Assembly (NCBI RefSeq): GCF_004010195.1
Contig: NC_057751.1
Coordinates: 5,729,299 to 5,793,298, forward strand
Direction: 5' to 3'
Source: Chiloscyllium plagiosum
Lineage: Eukaryota
Length of the DNA: 64,000 nucleotides
Both the position numbers and the translations under genes were made by a program. Shown piece by piece: positions 37,514-49,400 of this stretch (position 1 is its first letter; each line of letters opens with the position of its first letter). The notes under the pieces were generated by a model that worked only from the letters and a program-made list of their open reading frames with translations, did no database searches and was not told the DNA's origin.

Positions 37514-40500
37514 GGGGGATTTAAGATGGCGGCGATCTGAGACGATCGCACTGCAGAGCTTCGCATCGCAGCAGGAGCAGGACGGTCCTTTAACCTGTCC
37601 AACCCAGATCACCAGGATTTCTTGGGGTGTTAGAAAGATTGTGGAACCCCAAGAAACATTTAAAAATTGACTTACCTGTATTTTCAGCATTCCAGAAATG
37701 CCTAAAAAGGGAGGAGGAGCATCCAAGGCCGGGTCTGCAACTCAGTCTGCAGCAGCCTCATTGCCGATTACTCTCCAGGACTTGGTGAACCAGCTCTTGA
37801 AATCTTGCGAGATGCTGGGGAAACAGATTGAAGAGAGGCTGGCTCCAGTCTCTCTCATGCTGCAGAAGCATGAGCAGCAAGCTGGGAGACTGGAGAAGAG
37901 GACGGATGAGGTGGAGCACAGGGTCACAGTGGTGGAAGCTGATGCCAGTTCATTCAAGGATGAGATCCAAGCCCTGAAGACGCAGGTTTGTAATTTGCGT
38001 GACCAAGTGGATGATCTTGAAAACAGGAGCAGGAAAAAAACATTCGGATCATCGGTCTGCCTGAGGGTAAGGAAGGTGAGCGGCCTGCAGAATTTGTTGA
38101 AGATTGGCTGCCGAAATTCCTTGACTTGGAGGCTGGCATGAAAGGATTGAAGATAGAGAGGGCTCACTGGGTCGCAGCGTGGAGGTCGAGTCTAGGTCAA
38201 TACCCTCGTCCTTTCCTGATGCGGTTCCATCATTACCGGGATAAGGAGAGAGTCATGGAGGCTTCCAGACTCCAGGGGAAGGATCCAAAGGCCCTAATTA
38301 ACGAGGGGTCTAAGATCATATGTTTTCAGGACTTTTCAGTAGTGGTGATCCAGAAACGAAAATCGTATGATGGTGTCAAGAGAAGACTGTAGGAGCTTGG
38401 GATTCAGTACTTCCTGAGATATCCGGCAGTGCTTCGGATCACCTTAGCTGGATCCATGCATCTCTTTAACACATTGGAGAAGGCAAGAGACTTTGTGGAC
38501 AAACTAACCTAATTTAAGCATTTGTAGTATGTATAAATATTGTTGCTTGGGTATGCGTTTATCATTCTGTAAAAGAAATGGAGGAAATCCGGTTGGAGCT
38601 TTGTTTTTTCCCCCTTTTTTTGCCTCTGTTGATTATAATTTGGTTCAAACTATGTCTGGCGGTGGTTAAGATGTACATTTTAAATTTCTAAGTTAGGAGA
38701 CACCAAAGGATGGATGAGGTATTTATTCCCCCTTTTTTTAGAAAAGATTTTTTTTATTCAGATTGATATTCCATGGGGTATTTATTCTTTTTAGCTTGTG
38801 CTTGCGATGCGGCTCTAGCTGGGAGAAGTGAAGGAGGTTGAGATGGTTAGATGCCTATTTATGGGCAGTTCGGGATGGGTAGTTGCCCCCTCCGGGCAGG
38901 GGGTGAGTTCCCCTACTCAGCGCTATTGGCACTTTTTATGTTGGTTTGTTTTCTGGTTTTTGTTGTTTTTTATTTTAATAATTTTGTATGTTTGTTAAAT
39001 GTAGTGGTTTTAGTTTATGTAGTTTTTATATTTGGTGGACCATGCGACACTAAGGCTCAGCAATTTGTGGTTTGGGTTCCTCCTCTCTGGAATTTAAATG
39101 TAATTGCAGAAGATTAAATGGTGTACCTGGAATATCAAGGGAAGTCACTCACCAATTAAGAGGAAGAAGGTATTCTTGAGTCTTAGAAAGGAGAAAGTGG
39201 ATATTGCTTTGATACAGGAGACACATTTGGATGACAAAGAGCATCTGAAATTACAGCAGAATGGCTTTGACCGAGTTTATTTTTCATCATTTAATACCAG
39301 AAGTAGGGGAGTGGTTATATTGGTTCAGAAAAATCTCTCATTTAAATTGTTGGAATTTGTTAAAGACACATATGGGAGGTTTGTAATTCTTAAAGCCTTG
39401 ATAAATAGAGAAGAATATGGTGTTTTAAATGTTTATTGTTCTCCCAGCTCATCCTCTTAAATTCTTGGTAGATGTTTTTTCTAAACTGATAAGTTTCAAA
39501 TCATTATAGGGGGAGATTTTAACTGCCTCATGGACCCCACAGTAGACAGGTCGCCTAAAGGTCCCTCGATACCCTCTGCACAAATTAAATAGTTATTGGG
39601 TCTGTGTGGGGAATTAGGGTTGGTGGACGTCTGGAGGTTTCTCCACCCTACAGGTAGGGATTTCACGTTTATCTCCAATCCACGTAGATGTCACACAAGG
39701 ATTGTTTTTTTCTGACCCCTGCGGTAACCCTGGATCTGGTGGCATCTTGTACGATTGGTATTATTGCCATCTCTGAACATGCTCCAGTGTACCTCATGGT
39801 TAAGATTAAGGATGTTACAGTGGATTCAAGGTACTGGCGAATGGACCCCTTTATTCTCATGGAAAGTAAGTTTGTGGAGTATTTCTCTAGGGAATTTCGG
39901 GCATTCCTAGACATCAACATAGGCTTGGTTGATAGCTCATCTGTTCTCTGGGAAACTGCCAAAGCTCAAGCTAGGGGGTTAGTTATTTCATATTCCACCA
40001 GTAGGAAGCGGCAGAAGGATGAGCAGCAACGTCTCCTTGAAGCACGGTTCAAGGCAGCCGAGAAGGCCTATTTTGTCAGACCCTCTTTGGTCAAACTACA
40101 GAGGATTACGGCACCGCAGTCTGCACTAAATTCCATGCTCATGCAGACGGCAAAGAAGGAGCAAAGGTCATACGAGCATGGTGACAAGCCAGGCAAATAC
40201 TTAGCATACCTTGCCAGAAAGAGAAGTACTCCACAAACCATTACAGCGATTAGGGAAGGGTCTGGGAACCTAACATGTGATTCTAAAAAGATGAATGTGG
40301 CGTTCCAGAGATTCTACTCTAAGTTATATCAGTCTGAGAATTGTGAGGAGGGGCAGGCCAAAATGGAATCCTTTTTTAGTGATCTGAAGCTCCCGGGTGT
40401 GACTCCCGAACAGCAGTCCTTTCTCAATGCTCCATTATCAGAACAAGAAGTGCAGGAAGCTGTGAGGCAGCTTCAGAGTGGAAAGGCGCCCGGTCCTGAT

Positions 40501-43221
40501 GGACTTCCCAGTGAATTCTATAAGGAATTTATAAGTATACTGTCAGACTCGATGCTGAATATGTTTAATGATTCATACAGTCATGATTGTCTCCCACCAT
40601 CTCTGAGAGAGGCCAATATTTCACTTATCCTTAAAAAAGGGAAGGATCCAGAAGACTATGCTTCATACAGGCTGATCTCGCTCTTAAATGTGGACTTTAA
40701 GATCCTCTCTAAGGCTCTCGTGTTAAAGCTGGAGACTGTGTTACCCTCTATTATTAAAGAGGATCAGATGGGCTTCATAAAGGGTCACACATCCTCCAAT
40801 AATGTTACGAGGCTGCTTAACATAATTCAAGCATGCCAACAGCAGTCAATACAGGATTGGTGATTTCTTCAGATGCAGAGAAGGCATTTGACCGAGTTGA
40901 GTGGCCATACCTTTTCTATACTCTAGACCGGTTTGGTCTGGGCGAAGTTTTCATAAGATGGGTAAAGGTTCTCTGCAGTGTACCTCTCGTGGCAGTCATT
41001 ACCAACGGGGTACGATCAAGCAATTTTAATATTTCCAGGGGCAGCCGGCAGGGCTGCCCCCTTTCACCATTACTTTTGACGTTGGTGATTGAACCGTTGG
41101 CAGAGGCCATTCGTGGGGATCTCAATATATCATCTCCAGAAGTGGGGTCAAAATTACATAAGATCTCGCTGTATGCAGACGATATTCTAATTTTCTTGAC
41201 AAATCCAGCAGTCTCAGTGCCTTGCCTGATACAATGCATTCACGCGTTTGGCGCTTTTTCAGCATATAAGATTAATTTAGCTAAATCAGAGGCTGTGTCT
41301 ATGTGTGGTCTTACAAAAGAGTTGGCTCTTGAGAGTGACTATGGATTCACATTTAGGTGGTCACAGGGGGGTTTTGTGAATTTGGGCAAATTCATTACTC
41401 CAGATCTGAATTGGCTGTTCAAAGCCAATTTTACTCAATTATTTGAAAAAATTAAACAAGATCTCCAAAGATGGGAGGCACTTCCAGTCTCGTGGTTGGG
41501 TCGAATAGCGCTTATTAAGGTGAATACACTCCCTCGTTTGCTATACCCTATACGAATGCTCCCCCCGATTTTCAATAAACAAACACTCAGGAGACTGAAT
41601 GGTTGGTTCAGCTCCTTTATCTGGCACCGTAAAAGGCCCCTCATTAAATTAGCCAAATTGCAGTTGTCTCACAGATTGGGGAGAGTAGACCTTCCGGACA
41701 TTAAAAATTACCAATTAAGCTCGCTGTTGACCAACGTGGGTGATTGGGTTTGTGGGGACCCTCTTTCAATATGGCTAGATATCGAAGCCTCCCAGGCAAG
41801 GTGTCCCTTTACTAGTTTGCTGTTTTTGGAGAAGGTGAGGACAGTTAGGGAATATTGCCATAACCCAATAGTCATCAATACTGTTAAAGCATGGAGGGCA
41901 ATTCGGCAGAGGGAAGGTAATATCGGCAAAACATCTTTGTTTACACCTTTTGTGGGTATGCTGGGTTTTCAACCGGGTATGATAGATTCAGGATTTAAAT
42001 GTTGGGCAGCTAGGGGTATATCTTGCATGGGTGATTTATTTGAGGGAGAAGTAATGATGTCCTTTGATCAGTTAGTATGGAAGTACGAGTTACCTAATAG
42101 AGACCTCTTTCGTTTGTTTCAAGTTTGGGATTTTATTCAAAAAAAGACCACACTTTTGACTAATCTCTACAAATCTGACATAGAAAGAGGGGTTCTAAGG
42201 GTTAAGAGTATACTCCCTGTCAGTACTTTATATCACCAATTGGGGGGGAGGGGGGTGCCACCTCAGATGAGTCTGATTGACTCTGCAAGATGTGGGAAAG
42301 GGAGCTGGGTGTTGAAGTTTCTTCAGAGGCATGGGAGGATATTGGGAGAATGCAAGGAAAACATCAATTTGCAACAGGACCCATGCTTAACAGTTGAAGA
42401 TTCTCCACAGGGTCCACTTAGCCCCAGACCATTTGTCAAAATTTAAACCAGGGGTATCTTCAGCATGTTCCAAGTGCAAGGTCTGCACGGGCACTCTTAC
42501 CCATTGTCTTTGGTCTTGTGACAGGCTTCAAACATATTGGAGCGCTGTGGCGGGTGCAATGGAGAGGATTTTAGGTGTAGGGGGATTGGAGAAGGACCCT
42601 ATTTCTCTACTTTTGGGCCTACCCCTTGTATTTCCTGCAGAAGCACATTAGAAAAAACTTTTCAATATTCTTACGTTCTGTGCAAGGAAGAATATCTTGC
42701 TGGGTTGGATATCTGAAAACCCCCCAGGCCTGTCGGGTTGGCGGAAGATTGTTATGGAGCATATTCCCCTGGAGTTTCTCACAAATATGGTACACCATAA
42801 AACTGGGAATTTTTACAAGACATGACAACCCTTTTTGAAATACCTGGACACAGATTTATCTGCCACACTAACAAGGGCTTTTATATAGCCCTAACGATTG
42901 TGTTTCATGAGTCCAATATTCAGGGAGGAGGAACTGTGAATATATGAGTGTTTTGTTGGGCTGGGCTGAGTTATTACAATTTATTTGTTTGTTGTTAGGT
43001 ATTTATTTATTTAATTAAATAGCGAGTTTAGTTTTTTTTTAAATTTTGTACTTCTCTGAATTTGTTTATACATTTGTATAGGAGGTTGGGTTGGGGAAGT
43101 TTTTTTATTATTTGGGTTTAGCTTTGTACTATTTTTGTACTGATTTGAATTGCATTGTTTTGTATTTGTTGTAATATTTAAAAATCTATTTTTTCTGAAT
43201 AAAAATATAATATAAAAAAAA
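37514..43221 (+). mobile_element. Full-length L1-clade LINE (different subfamily), inactivated
   Basis: 15-bp TSD gaaattaccattttt at 37499-37513 and 43222-43236. 5' GGGGGATTTAAGATGGCGGC. ORF1 from 37698 (VDDLENRSRKK). ORF2 has TWNIKG, IQETHL, DAEKAFDRV, GSRQGCPLSP, LYADD and CSKC...HCLWSC. AATAAA plus A tail. Contains frameshifts. Confidence 0.96.
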
Positions 43222-43529
43222 GAAATTACCATTTTTAATCAAGAGCAAGTAAAAGTAAGCAAGGTATCAAGAAATTTGAATCTTTTCTTTTACCCCCAAT
43301 GATGCAATAGCTTCACATTATTGGAAATGAGAGCTTATTTGTGGAGTGTTCACTTTGAAAAAGACAATGGTGCTTGACTTGGAACAAACCTTATTTGCAT
43401 CACTTTTGCTCCCATGGACACTGCTGTCGGCCCCACTTCTGAGCATCATTTCCATTGGTGATGTCACCCTGACTCTATAATCACACACACACGTGACTGC
43501 AGCAAAGGCCACACCTTCATCTTTCTACG

Positions 43530-45820
43530 CTTCTGGTTTGACACACATCGCAACCTCGAACATTTCTTCCGCTTTCTCTGCCTCCGGGTCCAATTTTTCA
43601 ATCAATTCTCCCACCTACCCACCAAGGACCGGTTCTGTCCTTCAACACACCCCATTCACCTGGACACCCAGTACTGGCCTGTTACCCGCACTTGATCTCT
43701 TCGTGACATCAACCGCCTCAACCTGTCCACCTCCCTCACCCACTCCAACCTCCCGCCCTCACAACATGCAATCCTCCACACCCGCTGCTCCAACTCCAAC
43801 CTCACCATCAAACCAGCAGACAGACGGGAGGGGAGGTGATGTGATGGTTTGGAGTACCAACCTCTACACTGCTGAGGCCAGGCACCAACTCGCAGACACC
43901 TCTTCCACTGCTGCCTTGACCACGACCTCACTTCCCATCACCAAACTATCATCTCCCAGACCATCCACAACCTCATCACTTCATCCACAGCCTCCAACTT
44001 CATCATCCGCGAACCCCACACTGTCCGATTCTACCTCCTACCGAAGAGTCACAAACCTGACTTCCTCGGTTGACCCATTGTCTCAGCTTGCTCCTGTTCC
44101 ACTGAACTCATCTCTTAGTCCAGATACTCCCCAACTATATTCAGACACCACCCACGCCATTCACCTTCTCCAAGAGTTTTGTTTCCCTGGCCCCCAACTC
44201 TTCATCTTCACCTGTCCCTGTACACATGCATCTGCCACGACGAAGGCCTCCAATCCCTCCGTTTCTTCATCTCACACTGTTTCAATGAGTAACCTTTCAC
44301 TGACACCCTCATCCACCTGGCTGAATTGCTCTAAACATCTTCTCCTTCCAATCCTCTCACTTCCTCCAAACCAAAGGGGTAGCCATGGGCACATGCATGG
44401 GATCCAGTTATGCCTATCTCTTTGTCGGGTACGTGGAACAATCCATTTTCTGCAGCTACACTGGCACCATACCCCACTTGTTCCTCCACTGCATCGATGA
44501 CTGTATCAGCATTACCTTGTGCTCCCATGAGGAGGTTGAACAGTTCACCAACTTCACTAACACCTTTCACCCTGACCTCGAATTCACCGGCACCATCTCG
44601 GACACCTCCCTCCCCTTCCTGGACCTCTCTACCTCCATCTCGGTGACTGACTAACCATGGACATCTAATGCAAGCCTACCAACTCCCACAGCGACCGAGA
44701 CTACACCTCCTCCCATCCTACCTCCTGTAAAAACGCCATCCCTTATCCCCAATACCTCTGCCTCTGCTGCATCTGTTCCCAGGATGACCAATTCCACCTT
44801 AGAAAATCCCAGATGGCCTCCTTCTTCCAAGGTCACAACTTCCCTTCCCATGTGGTCAACGATGCCCTCCAGCGCATCTCCTCCACTTCCCGCACCTCCG
44901 CCCTGGAACCCCACCCCTCCCAATGCAACAAGGGCACACCCCCCAGTCCTCACCTTCCACCCCACCAACCTCCGCATACATCGCATTATCCTCCGCCACT
45001 TTCAACATCATAAATAACCCCACCCCTATCAGTGTTCTGGAGGGACCATTCCATTTGTGACTCCCTCATCAGATTCACCCCACCCCACCAGACCACACCC
45101 CACTCCCCGCACCTTCCCCTGCTACTGTAGGAAATACAAAACCTGCACCCGCACCTCCCCCCTCACCTCTATCCAAGTCCCAAAATGATCCTTCCATATC
45201 TGACAGAAACTTACCTGTACCTCCACCAATGTCATCTACTGTATCCGTTGCAGCCAATGTTGTGTGCCTGTACATCAGGGAGACAAGACGCCAACTTGCG
45301 GATCATTTCAGAGAACATCTTTGAGACACCCACACGAACCAACCCCACTGCCCCGTGGCAGAACACTTCAACTTCCCCTCCCACTCCGCCAAGGGCATGA
45401 AGGTCCTGGGCCTCCTCCATCACCAAACCTTTACCACCCAATGCCTGGAGGAAGAATGCCTCACATTCCGCCATGAGACCCTGCAACCACATGGGATCAA
45501 TGTGGATTTCACTACTTTCCTCATTTCCCCTCCCCCCACACTATCTCAGTCCTAAGCCTGCAACTCAGCACCGCCCTCCTGACCAGTCCATCACCTTTCC
45601 TTTCTAATCTGCTCCACCCTCCTCTCCGACCTATCACCTTCTTACCCACTTTCATCTCCCTGTAGCATTCTCAGCTACCTTTCCCCCAATCCCACCTCCA
45701 TCCCATTTATCTCTCAACGCCCTGCCCACATTCCTGATGAAGGGCTTATGCTAGCAATGTCGATTCTCCTGCTCCTCCGATGCTGCCTGACCAGTGCCTT
45801 TCCAGCACCACATTCTCAAT
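43530..45820 (+). mobile_element. Penelope-like retroelement (RT + GIY-YIG endonuclease), decayed, 3' end with degenerate hammerhead motif
   Basis: MGTCMGSSYAYLFVGYVE...CIDDC...LPFLD are PLE RT motifs. NVIYCIRCSQC...YIRETRRQL...FREH (across frameshifts) is GIY-YIG. CTGATGA-A-GGGC-TTAT-GCTA-GCAA-TGTC at 45734-45761. 5' boundary approximate. Confidence 0.9.
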
Positions 45821-46434
45821 CTCACTTGATTTGAGCAACAAAGAAGAGGGAGAAAGCAACATAGACTGATAACAGCATGGGTACCAGAAACTTCTTTCTC
45901 TCTCTATTTCTCAATCTACCTCAAACTCAGAAACTAGCCGATGAAAAGAAATTTGGAATTACACCTGCAGCTTCAACATGATGGAAGAACATGAAAGTAG
46001 CTGAACAGTCGGACGTAAGTCTTTTCATTCTGACAACTCAAGGGACCTCTTAAGAGTTGGAACTGCACCTTCATTTTCTTCCTGTCTGTAAATACACCCC
46101 TCCAACCGACCTTGTAAACTGTTTATTTGTAGGCATGTTTGATGTTACAATTTATTGTCTTTATGAGGGTAAGAGATGATAAAATATATTCTTTTTCATA
46201 CAGATAAACCTTGGAATTAGTTCTTCTCTAAGTTTTGATCCAGTTAGCGGGTTTAATTGTATCAGCTATGTGATGAAAAATAAGAAATAACAGAACTTGT
46301 GACAAACTGAAGAGGGGCTTAAAAGAGAGGTGAGTTGTAGAACCTTCTCAACCAGTCAGAACAATCGAAGCTAATATCAATGCAAAAAAAAAATTCCATG
46401 TATTGTTGGAGGTATTGTTCTAGGTTAGGTGTTC

Positions 46435-49400
46435 ATAGAACATAGAACATAGAAAAGTATAGCCCTTTGGCCCACGATGTTGTGCCAAGATTTAATCCAA
46501 ATGTAAAATATATGAGCTTAACTTACGCACCCCTCAACTCACTGCTATCCATGTGCATGTCCAGCAGTCGCTTAAATGTCCCCAATGACTCTGCTTCCAC
46601 TACCACACCTGGCAACGCATTCCATGCATTCACAACTCTCTGCATAAAGAACATACCTCTGACGTCTCCTTTATACCTTCCTCCTGATATCTTCAAACTA
46701 TGACTTCTGGTACCAGTCAATCCTGCCCTGGGGAAAAGTCTCTGGCTATTGACTCTATCTATTCCTCTCATTATTTTGTACACCTTAATCAGGTCTCCTC
46801 TCTTCCTCCTTCTCTCCAGAGAGAAAAGTCTGAGCTTATTCNNNNNNNNNNNNNNNNNNNNNNNNNNNNNNNNNNNNNNNNNNNNNNNNNNNNNNNNNNN
46901 NNNNNNNNNNNNNNNNNNNNNNNNNNNNNNNNNNNNNNNNNNNNNNNNNNNNNNNNNNNNNNNNNNNNNNNNNNNNNNNNNNNNNNNNNNNNNNNNNNNN
47001 NNNNNNNNNNNNNNNNNNNNNNNNNNNNNNNNNNNNNNNNNNNNNNNNNNNNNNNNNNNNNNNNNNNNNNNNNNNNNNNNNNNNNNNNNNNNNNNNNNNN
47101 NNNNNNNNNNNNNNNNNNNNNNNNNNNNNNNNNNNNNNNNNNNNNNNNNNNNNNNNNNNNNNNNNNNNNNNNNNNNNNNNNNNNNNNNNNNNNNNNNNNN
47201 NNNNNNNNNNNNNNNNNNNNNNNNNNNNNNNNNNNNNNNNNNNNNNNNNNNNNNNNNNNNNNNNNNNNNNNNNNNNNNNNNNNNNNNNNNNNNNNNNNNN
47301 NNNNNNNNNNNNNNNNNNNNNNNNNNNNNNNNNNNNNNNNNNNNNNNNNNNNNNNNNNNNNNNNNNNNNNNNNNNNNNNNNNNNNNNNNNNNNNNNNNNN
47401 NNNNNNNNNNNNNNNNNNNNNNNNNNNNNNNNNNNNNNNNNNNNNNNNNNNNNNNNNNNNNNNNNNNNNNNNNNNNNNNNNNNNNNNNNNNNNNNNNNNN
47501 NNNNNNNNNNNNNNNNNNNNNNNNNNNNNNNNNNNNNNNNNNNNNNNNNNNNNNNNNNNNNNNNNNNNNNNNNNNNNNNNNNNNNNNNNNNNNNNNNNNN
47601 NNNNNNNNNNNNNNNNNNNNNNNNNNNNNNNNNNNNNNNNNNNNNNNNNNNNNNNNNNNNNNNNNNNNNNNNNNNNNNNNNNNNNNNNNNNNNNNNNNNN
47701 NNNNNNNNNNNNNNNNNNNNNNNNNNNNNNNNNNNNNNNNNNNNNNNNNNNNNNNNNNNNNNNNNNNNNNNNNNNNNNNNNNNNNNNNNNNNNNNNNNNN
47801 NNNNNNNNNNNNNNNNNNNNGCTCTGCTCTTTGTTACAAAGAGCAGAGCCCTGCGGGACCCCACTCATCATTGTCTCCCAGGCAGAATACTTTCCATCTA
47901 CAACCACTCTCTGCCTTCTGTCAGCCAACCAATTCTGAATCCAGATAGCCAAATCTCCCTGTATCCCATACTTCCTGACTTTATGAATGAGCCTACCATG
48001 GGGAACCATATCAAATGCCTTGCTGAAGTCCATATACACCACATCCACTGCTCGACTGTCGTCGACCTGTCTTGACACCTCCTCAATGAACTTAATAAGA
48101 TTTGTGAGGCATGACCCTCACAAAACCATGCTGACTGCCTTTAATCACACTATGCTTTGCCAAATAGTCAAAAATCCTATCCCTCAGAATTCTTTCCAAA
48201 ACTTTGCTGACCACAGACATAAGACTGACTGGTCTGTAATTGCCAGGGATTTCCCTATTACCCTTCTTGAAAAGAGTAACAACATTCTCCTCCGGGCATT
48301 CCTCCAGTACGACTCCTGTGAAGAGTGAGTAGGCAAATATCCTCGCCAGCGGTTAAGCAACCTCCTTTCTCGCTTCCCGGAGCAGCCTAGGTTAAATCTG
48401 GTCTGGCCCTGGGGGCTTATCAATCTTAATGTTTTCCAAACTTTCTCGCACATCAACTTCATCAATCTTGATCTGGTCAAGACTGTATCTCAGATCCTCT
48501 AAGTTCTCATTTACAACAAGTTCCCTTTCCTTGGTGAAAACCAAATCAAAAAACTATTTTAGGGCTTCACCATCTGCTCAGACTCCATGCACAAATTCCC
48601 TCCGTTATCCCTGATTGGCCCTACCTTCTTCCTGATCATTCTCTTATTCCTCACGCATGAGTAAAATGCCTTTGGGTTCTCCCTAATCCTTCTTGCCAAG
48701 CCTTTTTCGTGCCCTCTTGGCTCTCCTCAGTCCATTTCCGAGCTCCTTTCTAGCAAGCATGTAATCCTCTAAAACTGTGCTAGATCCTTGCTTCCTCCAC
48801 CTTACGTAAGCTGCCTTCTTCCTTTTAATCTTACCCCTTCTTACCTGACTCAGAGGAACAAATTTGTGCATCACTCGCCACAACTGCTCCTTAAATAGTC
48901 TCCACATGTCTGCTGTGCCCTTTCTGTGAAACAATTGCTCCCAGTCTGTACTTCCGAACTCCTGTCTGATAGCGTCATAATTTCCTTTTCCCCAATTAAA
49001 TATCTTCCCTCGGTAACTGCTCCTTTCACTCTCCAAGGCTATGGTAAACGTGAGGCAATTGTGATCACTGTCACCAAAGTGTTCTCCCACCGCAAGATCT
49101 GACACTTGTCCTGACTCATTGCCGAGCCCCACCCCTTGATGGCCTGTCTACATGCTGAGTAAGGAAACCCTCCTGAACACACCCGACAAAAACAGCTCCA
49201 TCCAAACCATCTGCACTAAGGAGGTTCCAATCGATATTGGGAAAGTTGAAATCACCCATAACAACAACCCTGCTACTTTTGCATTTTTCCAGAATCTGCC
49301 TGCCTATGAGATCTTCAATCTCTCTGCTGCTATTAGGTGGTCTGTAGAAAACTCCCAATGCGGTGGCTGTTCCCTTGCTGTTCCTAACTTTCACCCATAC

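Noticed and set aside
43493..44500. 335-aa Ser/Thr/Pro-rich ORF that looks mucin-like
   Set aside because: It is an alternative frame of the C-rich, frameshifted Penelope element; low complexity reflects base composition.
47821..47849. Perfect 14-bp-stem hairpin gctctgctctttgt-t-acaaagagcagagc
   Set aside because: It sits exactly at a contig end next to the gap and interrupts RT sequence; most likely a read or assembly fold-back artefact.
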